From Plasmodiophora brassicae (taxonomy: Eukaryota): a DNA stretch of 64,000 nt. Every line of letters begins with the position of its first letter. Position 1 is the stretch's first letter. Below the pieces are notes generated by a model. It made no database searches and was not told the origin of the DNA. It was given only the letters and a program-made list of their open reading frames with translations. The stretch is taken from contig CP145413.1 in NCBI GenBank assembly GCA_036867785.1, positions 1,240,001 through 1,304,000 on the forward strand. Reading direction: 5' to 3'. Below, piece by piece: positions 51,750-64,000 of this stretch. Both the position numbers and the translations under genes were made by a program.

Positions 51750-53320
51750 CTAGGCTCGTTGCCGTCTACATTGCCTCCAAACGTAGTTGAGGATGGCGAC
51801 AAGCACTACAATGGCAACAAAGACCGCTATGCAGAAGAACTCGAGCGAGTTGAACCACGTCGGATACGGGAAGCTCGGCAGTGTTCGGCCGGGTCTTGGT
51901 GCGGCTAGCCCAACCCAGTGGTGCACTGCCAGAGCGCTCGGCTCACCTGACAGCGTCTTCGGCCGAGGCCCAGCCTGTCCAACAGTGCTTGGGTCCTCGA
52001 ACGAATACACACCTGGGGCAATGGTAAGTCGTCAGGTGATGGTCTCCACGTTCGATGACTTCGTACTTAGATAATTCAGGAGGAAGGAATCTCCCAGGAT
52101 CCATTGCCCGGATAACGGGACACTGCTAATGCCGACATTGCAGTAGAAGTACGTCTGCCTGTAGGCGTACTGCGATGGGCTCAGCTCGAGGCGCTGGTCG
52201 CCAATTCGGACGACGAAGTTTGGCATTGATCGCACCTTCCAACAGGGCAATACACCATCGCCATTCGCGCCCACCTGCAGACCATCATGTACACCGGCTC
52301 ACATTTACATTGGCCCCGCGCCTAGTTACCTTGTCGTAGATCGCACTCACGGCTTGAGGTGGTCCGCTGATGAACGACGTTCCCGTATCGAAACTGTTCC
52401 GAGACGATCTTCAGGAATATGGTGACCCCAGGTGATACAACAGACGTACATGGCGTCTACTGTGCCCATAGACATGTCGCCAAACGTGATCTGGGCGTTC
52501 TCGACGGTCCAGTACGGTGCCGCTAACGGCGACCGCACTGGCTTGCAGGGGAACCACTGGATAGGCCCTCCTTGGTGCTTATCGTCCCATCCGCCGATGA
52601 CAAGCTGGCCTTTCGATCCTGTCGACAGGTAGAACGAGAAGGCGCGTGAGCCCCCATTACTGCTGCCAGCGACGGTCGCGTCTAGAACAGCGTGAAGTAC
52701 TTTCGAACTCGGGCCAAGTCCCATTAGGCCGCTGAACTCGGAGTACAATGCGGACGCGCCCGACTCCCGCGTCACCAGTCCGACCGGGACACGGTCAGAC
52801 GTCGTCATCGAGCCGATCGTCACGTAGTCGTAGACGACTGTGCCGCTTGCCTGCGTTGAGTTGTTTGGGAAACCGTTTTGACCGTAGGAAGGTGACAACA
52901 CCGTACCGAACTGCTGACGTACTTCTCGTCAAAAGGCTCCGGCGGGACGGGCTTCTCGACCGTTGTCGATCGTTCCACGTTCACAGGACCATTGCAGGGC
53001 TTGGTCTGCCCAGAGTTCGAGGCGGTGCAGGTCGGCGAAGGCACCCAGGTCCGGAACGACCCTGGCAGCTCCAGGTGAGTGAACGTGGGCATGTTACGAA
53101 CCTGGTCGGTACCTGTATCGAATAAGACAGTGACTGTTTGCGGGGGTGTGCCAATGGCAAGCTCGCCGACGAATTGAGTGTCTGACGCCTTGTCGTAGAG
53201 CGCGGTCTGCGCTGAACTCGACGATAGACCCAGAATCTGCAACGATAGCGGGATTGTGAGCTGCGCGCAGCGCGCCGTTGCGGATACGGCGGCAACGACT
53301 AGGAGCCACAGCAGCAGCAT
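51750..53320 (-). CDS. Pepsin-like aspartic protease (A1) with signal peptide and C-terminal TM
   Basis: Signal peptide MLLLWLLVVAAV, IGTPPQ..VLFDTG, GLMGLG, second DTGT, WILGDSFL and TM FFCIAVFVAIVVLVAIL. Confidence 0.88.
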
Positions 53321-53613
53321 ACTCGGACGCGTCGGCCGTTCCGAATCCGACCCACGCCTCCTTAACTTACTGCATTCGTTATTGACAAATGATGACTCAT
53401 TGCGTTCGGCCAGTTGTCAATGGGTGCTGCGCATTGACACATCGGGTCGATCGATGGAAAGGTCGCGATGGTCACGAAGTCACTATCGTCCACCCAGGTA
53501 CCATAGGCAAAAGCTGGTCTGGTTTTGATGGGAAAATACTTATTCGGTTCGCCGAAAATAAAGGCCGGTTCTATTGGCCGAGATCTGCGTCGTAACTCGT
53601 CAGCAGTCGCCCG

Positions 53614-55324
53614 ATGCTCGCCCACCGGGATTCCTTGTCAGGATTCGAGTTTGATGCCGAGAGCAACGTGGTTGACGCGGATGGCGCAACGGAGAGACGC
53701 CTGGACTGGACGCGTATCAACGTCGGCTTGACGCCGAGCGCGGTAGAACTGATCAAATCGGCGGGCACCAGTGCGAAGGACGTCTACAAACAGGTTCGAT
53801 GTCGATCCAGCGAATCGTACGTAGGACTGACCGTATCCACAGGATGGCCCTGCTCTGGTATCCGCGATCTCACAGTGCATCCAGAACAGCGCCGATGAAG
53901 ACGTCGTCCAGTACGTCCTGACGATTGCCGACGAGATTCTTCAATGTAAGATCCTCACTCTTATCTCCCGCTAGACGTTAACTGTGCTCTAGCAAATCCT
54001 GAAGCGGCGAATCTGTTCATGAAGTTGGCCACGAAAGACTACAACCCGGTTGTGCTCTTGATAAGGTTAGCAGGAGCATTACTTGCATCAACGACGGCCG
54101 ACGCTATTGCAGAATGCTCTCTCGATCGAATTACAAGTCGTTCACAATGGGCGCCATATGTTCGGTGCTGTCTGTCATCATGAATGCTCTGCCGAAAAAT
54201 GATACCCAGTACGACAAATGGATACTTCAGCTGGGAGCGTGGGTTAGCTCTAAAGCGACAGACGTTACCGATCGGTATTGTGCCGTTCGTAGTTTGGTCA
54301 TCTCGGTTTGTTGCTGATCGTGCGGCTCAGGTATCATACTGTCGCTCTCTCGTCGTTGAAACTGTTCCTGAGGAGGCATAACACCCAGATTCTTTTCGCT
54401 GACAACGGCACCCTTGCATGGTGAGGAACATGTGTTCGGTTGCTCTTCAAACCCATTAGCGCTGATCTGCCCCGGTCGTCGTTAGCCTTGTCAACATCCT
54501 ACGCATTGAGTCCACGCGCAACACACAACTGGTCTACCAAGCGGCATTCTGCCTATGGATGTTATCCTATAACACCGACGTTCTTCGTCTTTTCCTCCGC
54601 GACAACGTGGCTGTCAGCCTGGTTGAAGTCCTCCAATCTGTCTCTCGCGAAAAAGTCACGCGTGTCATCCTTGCAACTATCAGGGTCGGCTTTGATGTAT
54701 CTCGCTGCGGGTCCTCAACTGAACGTCCAGCATGCAGAACCTGGTTGGCAAGCTTTCATTCAATGAGCTGTTTTTACAGCTCAATTTTCTTAGCGTCGTG
54801 GATTCCGTTACCCAGCGGTTATCATCAACAGACCCTGAACTGCTGGACGATATCCTCGTGATTAGGACAGCCCTGCTGAAAGACGTCAAAATCTATACGT
54901 ACGTCTGTGATGTTCGCGGGTAACAGGGCTTGACAGTTCAGGTTGCTGCAGGTCGATGGAAGTCCTGGAACAAGAGCTTGCTCGGGGAAAGCTTAAATGG
55001 ACTCAAGTCCATACCGAACAGTTCTGGAAGGAGAACGCACTGAAGTGTGAGGCGAACCAGTTCGCAATCATCAAGCAACTTATTGAGCTGCTGGATTCGA
55101 GCGACTCGCGCACGGTTGCTATTGCGTGCTTCGATCTAGGAGAATTCGCTCGCCTGCATCCTGTTGGCAAGAAGATTGTCCGGACACTGGGAGGCCAAGA
55201 GCGGCTGATGAAGCAGATGTCACATGAAAGCAAGGATGTCCAGCAGCAAGCTCTTCTTTGCGTACAAAAGCTGATGGTGAACAACTGGAGCGGCATTCAG
55301 AAAGGTGGCACGCAGCCCGCCTGA
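53614..55324 (+). CDS. ATP6V1H: V-type proton ATPase subunit H
   Basis: QLVYQ..LWMLSY, REKVTRV, LKWTQVH.EQFWKEN, AIACFDLGEF and ALLCVQKLMVNNW. The start is approximate. Confidence 0.9.
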
Positions 55325-55382
55325 AGGCGACGTTGTTGACATTTCTGTCCAAGCAATAGTTTATAAAGATTCAGTGATAATC

Positions 55383-56049
55383 CTACGTCGACTTTGCAGA
55401 CTTGGCCGCTCGATCGAACATTCCCGCCATACGCTTCTTGGTCTCAGCCATCTGTGCGGCGTCACGCTGTCGGCACAGCTTCATCTTCTCGACGATGGCC
55501 CGGTCGGATGGTTGAAGCTCGTGGGCACGTTTCCAGTCTTCCTCCGCAGCGCCCAGCTCTCCCAACATTTCATACGCGCATCCTCGACGGAACAGTGCTT
55601 TAACGTTCGAGGCGTCGCGGTCTAGAACCTGATCACACCCAGCGTTAGGGGGGATGAGCGGACACGACGCGCCAACGTTACAGCGGTTGCGAATTTCTTG
55701 GCTTTATCCGGTTCGTTCAACTTCAGGTAGCAGAAGGACAGGTTCAGATTGGCGCTGCGTATCAAGCCATCGATCTCCCGCTGCATATTGTCGTCGGGCG
55801 CCGCTGGGGCCGGTTGATCCGGCAGCATCGCGGCAGCCGTCTTCGTGTAATCAAACCCGCGAATATAGAGGAACATCTATGGACATCAGTTCACTGGTCA
55901 ACAAACGACTTCCTATCATACGCCTGCATGACCTTGGAGTACTTCGCAGCAGCTTTCTGCAGGTCACCCGATCGGAGCAGATCGTTGCCCTCATCCTTCA
56001 AGCGTCGCGCGATGTCGACTTGCTCGGCGATGCGCTCCTGGTTCGTCAT
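55383..56049 (-). CDS. Small TPR protein (TTC9/FKBP-type TPR)
   Basis: ARRLKDEGNDLLRSGDLQKAAAKY, LNLSFCYLKL, KALFRRG..LGELGAAEEDWKRA and KKRMAGMF. Confidence 0.8.
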
Positions 56050-56542
56050 GGCGATCCCCTGCGGACCACAGGCGCCACTTGCGGCGCCGCACTCGACGAG
56101 CTGTGTCCGCCGGCACTACGTCACCGCTCTAGAGCAAACTGCGGGCGACTACCGAGTACCGAACCATTATCTATCGGGGCTTGGCGAACATTCTCTCCCC
56201 TGCGTTCCGAGGGAAATATGATGATGCCTAAGCCTCGCTTATACAACGAACTAGCAGAATAGCGCAACGTAGCTGACAGGTGCCAAACAAGAGTGAATGC
56301 CCGAGCCAGTGCCGGAACGATTCCCCGGTACGCGGCGCAATGCGATATTGTTGGAATGGCAAACGTTCTTTGAGGCGTACGAACGAGGGGGCTGGTCGAG
56401 GGCCCCAAGCACGGGACGTTCCGTTCAGCGCAATCCGTCCGTGCGGAGTCCGTAGCGGCATCCCCCGCTCGGACCGGTTGATCATCATAATTGGGCACCG
56501 AGGCGGAGTGCCCTCGGCGCGTCTCCAGACATCTAAGCGGCA

Positions 56543-59500
56543 ATGCGGAGCGCCGGCGTGGTGCTTGTCGTCGTCGCTGCGTTATTGTCAACGGCTACTG
56601 ACGCGGTTGTAACATGCGGCGGTGTACTTCGTGTGTCCCCATCCGCGCTTTCGTACGGTGTTATCGGGTTTGACGTCGCCATCCGCTCATTCCCGTTTGC
56701 ATCAGATCGGCGCCGAATCCCTTTGATTTTTCGATCATGAAAATCGTGTTATCGACGTCGAACGGCCTTCGCAAGGAGAGCGTCAAATGCGCTCCAAACG
56801 GGTTCTACATTGTACCCGTGTACGAGCCCGGGTCGTTCCAGATTTCTGTTAAGGGGCCACCTGGCTGGCTCTTCGAACCCGAATCTCATGCGTTCACAGT
56901 CACTGATCAGGTTCCCGGGAATGATCGAATGCCCAACTCCTCGAGTCTAACGTCTGTCCTTGATGCAGATGCAAGGTTGCGAGTCTGATCTTGACTTTTC
57001 GTTGTCCGGATTTCCACTGCGCGGCAAGATTGTCAGCTCGCGGCAGGCGTCGTGTTCAGCTGATTTAGACGTCGCCGAGCCTGTCCAGGTGACGGTTGTC
57101 CCGGTAACGCACCCAGATGCGTCCCCCGTTGTCGTCGAGGTTGCTGTTGGCAGCGAATTTGTGACCCCAGGATTGCATCCCGGTCGCTACATTGTCAGCG
57201 CATCTCACCCTCGGTTAACGCTATCCCCGACATCCGTTGAGGCAACTATCGAATGGGGTGATGCGCGCCTGGAGCAACCGTTCGTGCTGAATGGCGTATC
57301 TGTGTCCGGCTCTGTCTCTTCCGATTTTGGGATCAAAGGAGGCGTGTTCATCGTCAGCGATGATGCCGACGCTGTTATGGATTGCTCACCTGCCCCAGAC
57401 AACGTTGCGGGTCGTCCCGAACGCCCATCTTGCTACACTGCCTTGTCAGACTCTGGCGGGTTCTCCTTCGAGAACGTAGCCTGTGGCCGGTACACTGTTA
57501 AGCCTCACCTTGAATCCCATTCGGGTATCGCGTACGCGCTCAACAAGGACAGTGTCCACATTACCGTCGGACACACTGATGTGAAAATCGGTAGATCGCC
57601 TTTTATTCGTTGCCTTCGACAATGTCCTGACCTTGTTGTAGATGCGTCCACCTTCGTCGTTAATGGAGTTTCCGTTTTCGGTCATGTCACTCATCCGGCA
57701 ACGGGTGCAGGCGTCCCTGATGTGCATATCTTCGTTGATGGCAAGGAAGCTGCTGTATCCGACAGCAACGGATGGTACACCTGGACGACAACATCGTTGA
57801 CGTCCACGCCTGTCCATCTGCAGGCGTTCAAACAGTACCTGCATCTGTCTCAGCCAGCGGCTTACGTTGCGGGGCAATCGGATCCGCCGAACTTTGTCGT
57901 CGAGGAGTACTCGGTCTGTGGAACGCTCGACTGCCAGAATCGCGCTGAGAAACCGCTCGCTGTTGAACTTCTGTCGGGCGGCTCCGTTATTGAGACTGCG
58001 CAGGTGGACAACGATGGGAAGTACTGTTTCAAAGCAAAGGTTCGTCCCCGTCGACCTTCAACTATTCGTGATTCTGACGGTGAGTTTCCTAGCCTGGTGA
58101 ATATGCGGTACGGCCGTCGAGCCAAGTTGTGCTTGTTCCCGCGGTTCGCACAGCGGTTGTCAAGGACGCACCTGTTCTTGATGTTCACTTTTCGCAAGTC
58201 ACCGTTCAGGTTTCCGGATCGGTGACCTGTGTCGGTGGAGCTGGATGCAACGGTGTTCGGGTTGAGCTGTCCTCCGAAAGCCAGGCCCGACCCATGAAGG
58301 TCTCAGTCGATGTCTCTACGGACGGGTCGTTCACGTTTACTGACGTTCCGCCGGGAACGTACACGGTTGAAGCCTCCAAGCCTGGATGCTGTTTCGCTGC
58401 GAAGGCGATTCGGGTTGAGACGGAAAACGTCAGTGACGTCGTCATGCGTCAGACTGGTGTCCTGTACACGACCGATTCGTCGCATTCCACCTCTGCGGTT
58501 GTTAACGGCTTGCCGTCTCCGGAATCTGGTCGGTGGCCCTTTTATCGTTAACGGGGCGTCGTGACTTATTTCACATTAGTGGTCATCCCTCGCGGATCGG
58601 GGTCCTTTTGCGTTCCACCATCGGACCGTGAGCTTTCTCTTGTGCCTACCTCGTGTTTCAAGTTTACTGGCCAGCCCTTCCATCTTACGGCATCGCAGCC
58701 TATTGTGCTTAGGCTCTCCCATCACAAGGTCGATTCTGAACGTTCCAACTAAGTGGATTTGAAATTGACCGAGTGGCAGGTCGTGGGAGAGATTTCGACG
58801 TTGTCTAAGATTATTGCTGCGAATGTTCAGTCGTTGCCTGTGCACGTTTCGTGTGACAACTCGGAAGAGATCGTGCAGGCCGCCCAGTCCGATTCTGGGT
58901 GGCGCTACGAGTTCTGGGCCCATCCTGGGGCGCGATGCTCCATTACGGTTGACGCGCCCAACACGGATCTGGTTTTCGATCCTCCCAAGCTGGACATCAC
59001 GGTGCCGTCGAGCGACGACTGTATCCCCCCAGTTAAGACCATTACTGGCCGACCGGGAGCTTTTCGAACTGGTGCTGTGTCTCCTCCTGTTCCCGGTAGA
59101 ATTTGCACGCAGACTATTTCGCTGTCCCTGAGTACTGACGACCTTGTTGCAGGCGCGGTCGCACACGCGTATGCTGCCTCTGCAACAGCCGACGAGCGCG
59201 TGGCAACGATGTCAGTTCCCGTGTCGGAAGAAAACGGGCAGTACCGTATCGGTCCATTGTCCGACAGCGCAGACTACGCGATCGAAATCGAACGTACTGG
59301 ATACAAGGTCAGGGTAGAAAGTGCCAATCGACTCAAACGAATCTCTAACAGTCGGCGGTTATTTTAGTTTGAGCCTATCGGTAACGGCAACTTCCGCTCT
59401 GTGAAGTTGGGTTCCCTGGAGGTTGTGCTTCTTGATGGTTTGACAGGGTGAGCACCTGCAACTGTGACTTTGCACGACGTAGCGCATTAACGTGCCAACA

Positions 59501-60517
59501 GGGTCCGCCTTGAAAGCGTCATAGTTTCCGCGAGCAGCAAGGAAGCCGGCTATCGCGGAAACTCGCTGACCGACAGCAAGGGCACTGTTCTCTTTAGCGA
59601 TCTGTCCCCCGGTAGCTACTTTATCCATCCTCACCTTAAGGAGTTCGAGTTCACTCCCGCGTCCGATATGGTCGATGTTGCCGAAGGCGCTTCTGTCCGT
59701 CGCGAGTTCTCTGGCCGGCGCAACGCGTTCAGCGTTTTCGGCACAATCCGCTCCGCTACCGGGTCACCCATTCCGAACGTCGTTGTCCAGGCCATCCCCA
59801 GCAACCACGACGACAGAGAGGAGACCGTGTCCGGTGCCGATGGTCGATACCGAATTCGTGGCCTTCAGCCTGGGACGACGTACCGCGTCCAGGTCGGCGC
59901 CCTTGGCGATTCTATTGAGCGTGCTGTCCCTGCCGACGGGCGTTCGCTGGCGATGACCGCGTCGGATGTCCAGGATGTTGACTTCATTGCATTCCGCAAG
60001 CCCACTGAGTTCGACGTTCTGGGCACGCTTCCCAGCGATGTCGGTGGCACTGTCACGCTGACCGCCGTGGGCACCGGTCGCGTTCAGCAGAGCGTCACCG
60101 TCAGCCCGGGCAAGAAGTTCTTCGAGTTCGTCCGCGTTCCTGCCGGCATCTATGTCGTGTCCTTTGACGATGCCGAACCATTGACCATCGATGTCGAATC
60201 GCACATCGTCATCGCCTTGACCGGACAGTCCTCGAAGGTGTGTCGGGTCCTTTGTTGTCTTTATCGGCGTTCGTTGTGTCTGAAATGTTCACGGCCAGGT
60301 CCATGCGGGCCCAGGTGCTCAGACGACGTCCGTCATCACGATCATCATCGGGTTCCTCGCCATCTTCGCCACCATCAACCACGAGCAGGTCCTGACGGCC
60401 ATCAAGTCCATCAGGGAGCGTCGCGGGTCAAAGCCGTCCTCGGAGCCGGGCTCCGGCTGGCTCGACGAGCGCCGTGGGTCGGCCTCTGCCGGATCCATCA
60501 AGAAGTCCAAGAAGTGA
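56543..60517 (+). CDS. NOMO: Nodal modulator (NOMO)-like ER membrane protein
   Basis: Signal peptide, VVTCGG, CAPNGFYIVPVYEPG..VKGPPGWLFEP, repeated beta-sandwich modules, TM and a C-terminal KKSKK ER-retrieval motif. Confidence 0.88.
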
Positions 60518-60694
60518 CCGGAGCATGCATGCTCCATCATCTGTAAACCGCGCACACATCCCGCGTGACCCAACGATGTGTCACATAGCTTCGTGTGTGG
60601 CCGTATTGATATATGGATTCGCGCCCTAATGTCCTCCGGATTGCGATGTTGCGTGACCGCTTGTGGCGCCGTTTAATCGCGGGTGGGGGGTGGG

Positions 60695-62139
60695 ATGACG
60701 ACGGCAGCGGGGCGATTGCCCTTAGATGGCGTCCGCGTCGTTGATGTTAGCAGGATGCTGCCGGGCCCGCTGGCCTCCCAGATTCTATGCGATTTCGTAA
60801 CCCGGCGCCAGCGGACCGGGAATGACGGTAGACCAGCCTGACGTCCCGTTCGTACAGGGGGCAACTGTTATCCGCGTGGAACACCCAACGGCATCGGACT
60901 CGTTGCGAACGTTCCCGATGGCGCCTGCGCCCGACCACCAAGTATGATATTATGCTTTCTGACGCCGGTGCCAATCCCGCTTAAACTGTCTGGGTGAATA
61001 GCCGTTAGCGTTCCATGCGATCAATCGCGGGAAGCAGAGTGTCGTGCTGGACCTCAAGACGTCAGACGGGAAATCCACCTTCCTCAGACTGCTCCAGACG
61101 GCCGATGTGCTTCTGGAGAGTTTCCGTCCAGGAACGCTGAAGAACCTGGGCCTGGATCCGGCAGAATTGCACGCTCGATTCCCGCGCCTAATCATTTGCA
61201 GCATATCTGGGTTCGGCCAGACACATCGCGATCGTAATTACGATTACCGTGCCTTGTCAACGCCGCACTCATTCTTCTAGGGCTACGTGCCGGACACGAC
61301 CTGACATACCTTGCGAGGGTCGGCGCCCTGTCCCTAACAAAAGGTTCCCGCGGGTGCCTATGGAGTATCAGCAGCATTGTGTGCTGAGTTCGCGTGCAAC
61401 CAGAGCCTCGGGTGCCGCCCGTTCAGTTCACCGATATCGCTGGCGGATCATGGCCCGCGGTTTGTCAGATCCTTGCCGCCCTTTACGCCAGGGACAGGAC
61501 CGGGGCGGGATCAATTATCGACGTTTCAATGGCACATGCGTGGGTACATTTCCTGCTCTACGTGTATTCGTATACTCATAGTAATTCGTAGGTCGCGCGC
61601 TTTGTTGGCGTTGGCGCTGAGCGACGAATCCGGCGCGTCGTATAACGGCAGATTCTTCCTCTGCGGGTCACTGCCCAACTACCAGATCTACGAGACAGCT
61701 GATGGAGGCCATGTCGCCGTTGGTGCTCTCGAACCTGAGTACTTCCGCAAACTCCTTGCTGAACTCGGCCTTCCACTAGACCTGGCAAATCTGTACAACG
61801 TCGAATGTCCTGTCGGCGCCCGCAATGCACTCTGACCCGGCTATCTGTGCCAGGAACGCTGCCAGCGCGGCTCGTGAGGCGCTGAGAGAAACATTCCTGA
61901 GCAGGACAACGAAAGAATGGGATGCGTTCTTTGAACCACGAGACGTCATGTGCGAAATCGTTCGAGCGCCTGATGACCCGGTAGCCCGCTCCTTTGACGT
62001 CAACCGCGTCGGCGTCGAGATCGCCGGCCAGACGATCCACCTTCCGTCGCCCGTTGCTGTTCCCGATGGCGCCGCACCTCGCTCCACTCCAGGACCCGTC
62101 CTCGGCGAACATACCGAACAGATCCTTTCCAGTCTCTGA
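60695..62139 (+). CDS. CoA-transferase family III / alpha-methylacyl-CoA racemase-like
   Basis: PLDGVRVVDVSRMLPGP, NRGKQSVVLDLK, DVLLESFRPG, ISGFGQT, GHDL, YETADG.HVAVGALEP and LGEHTEQIL; ends in SSL (possible PTS1). Confidence 0.9.
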
Positions 62140-62181
62140 CTTTGTCACATTACGCGAGGTATCAAGTAGAATACATGCTGC

Positions 62182-63734
62182 TTAAGTGTTTATTGCTGGC
62201 GCTGGGGTACTTGGGGACCCGGACGTCGCGGAAGGCTTCCTCGGCTTTGGTACAATGGCGACCACTCCGGATTTGGACGATGGCCGGCTGGATCGCGGCC
62301 TGAACATGGCCACCCGGAAGGCGCTGTCCAGTGCACGTCCGCTGTAGGACAACGAGAAATAGGTCGTCCAGCCCCATGGCGTGTACATGAATGAGGACAC
62401 GGCCATCAGCAGAGTGCCAGTGCAGATCATGAGCATCGACAGGGCCATGCCCAGGGCGCATCGGCTCAGTCGCCGCAGGATCGTGTCCATACGTGTCACG
62501 TGGCCGGCCGCTTTGCTCGTCTGCTCCTCAACTTTACGAACTGTCCAGTAGAAATGCAGTACGCCAAACAGAACGTGCACGCCGACCGTCAGCTGCAGCA
62601 GAAATATGACGACGGTTACAACCGTCGCAACGATCGGCTCGCTGTGGTACATTGCAAGCAGGACACCGAATGCAGTGTCGATTACAATTGGGACCGTCGT
62701 AAGCAGGACAAAGACAACGGGGTAATCGCCACGAAGAATGCGAGTCAGCAGGGCGTTCGAGACGACGAAGGGCGATACGTGTCGCATCCAGGTCGATGCC
62801 GACAGCATGGACGACGCGAAACTCCACCCGCCGAGCAGGGTTGCGAAGTATTCGACAACGGGGAACGGCAGGTTCGGCGTGCTGTAGTACCCGCCGATGG
62901 CCAGTACGACGCCTGACAGTGTGGCAGTGACCATCTCGATGGACAGGACAGCGTGCGATAGGTCGAATGACTGCCCGATGAATTTCACCAGCCTTAGAAA
63001 CGAACGCCTGCCTTCTGCGACAGAGTTCCTGTAATCGGCGTTAAGAATGCGCATATGGCATGCAAAGTACACTGCAGCCTGCGCCCCCGATACAATCAGG
63101 AGGGCACTGGGCAGGATCCGGATGAACAACTGGTACTGCCACGACCCGAGTACGGCCTGCCAGACATTATCGTCGGGGGAGACGGTGGCGTTCTGCCCAG
63201 GACCATCCCTGATGAGCGCTGTGTACATGTCGCTGCTGGGTCCGATGCGCAGGTACATCATTGGAAGGTGACGAGTCCTACAGCCCTGACACCCATCACT
63301 GCTGTACATGACGCGGGATGGCGTCTCGTCTAAGGTTGGGTCTGTGGACCGGACCCGCCTCAGATATCGTCGGGGACGGTCAAGTACTGTGTGCACTTAC
63401 ATATGAGAGCGGCGGCGTCAGTGGCGTATAGCGACAGGTATCGAGTTTCGTGGGAGCAGCCGCCCAGCGTGGCTTCAGTCGTAGCGAGAATGATGGCGCC
63501 CGGGGCGCGCAGTGAGGTTGGTTTACACAGGTCGTCTGTGTACAGGACAACAGGGCCGCTGCACGTTGTATTGGGGTCGCCCGGTTGCGGCCCGATGAAC
63601 GCGGTGACGGTCGTCATGTACAAGTCCAACCCGGCAAGCGGACTGCCGAGTGCCGCCGATGGGATTCTCATCGAACCGTCAACGACTGCAGTACACGCCA
63701 CAAGGAAGAGCGCCGCCATAGAAATTGGCATCAT
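62182..63734 (-). CDS. Signal peptide + PA-like extracellular domain + multi-TM (GPCR-like) protein
   Basis: Signal peptide, DLC..IILA...GGCSHETR...DAAALI (PA-domain-like), then about 7 hydrophobic helices and a Ser/Pro-rich tail. Confidence 0.6.
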
Positions 63735-64000
63735 CGGTGTAATAGGTCGCCGTTCACCACGATCCGTATCGGCAATTGATCCGCGATACGGTACTAGGCT
63801 ATCGTCCACCGATAGATTGACCTTCAACAGATCGATATCTAGGATCCTCACTGTTGCACTCGAGCACCAGTGTGCTATCGCGGGACGCGACGCTCGAGAC
63901 CTGTCCAGACTCCAGGTACGTAAAGAGAGAACGTCGGGCCTTTATTGACGACGTCAGGCTCTGATGGCAGCGCACTGACAAATGACAACCATGGCATCTG

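Overview
This is a gene-dense eukaryotic protist region with short (~45-80 nt) GT-AG introns, mostly short intergenic gaps and GC-rich codon usage. The style fits a phytomyxid rhizarian such as Plasmodiophora; that is inference, not verified. I can support about 26 protein-coding genes and a U6 snRNA. Recognisable genes include a HERC1-like ligase (truncated by the window edge), RhoGAP, eIF2B-delta, katanin p60, ZIP4/TEX11, leucyl-tRNA synthetase, ALG14, COQ7, malic enzyme, endonuclease III, Arp3, an RCC1-repeat protein, a La-related protein, an aspartic protease, V-ATPase subunit H, NOMO and a CoA-transferase III. Three things stand out. (1) An intronless ~2586-aa protein joins soluble-type adenylyl cyclase domains, a ubiquitin-like module, a STAND-type NTPase, two PH domains and a class I cyclic nucleotide phosphodiesterase. 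(2) An SPX phosphate/inositol-pyrophosphate sensor is spliced in frame to an AstE/AspA zinc deacylase. (3) Two long fold-back hairpins sit in divergent intergenic regions, each apparently built from decayed transposon coding sequence (Helitron-like and tyrosine-recombinase-like), making them candidate hairpin small-RNA loci. All exon structures were read by eye and all family assignments come from remembered motifs; no searches were run.
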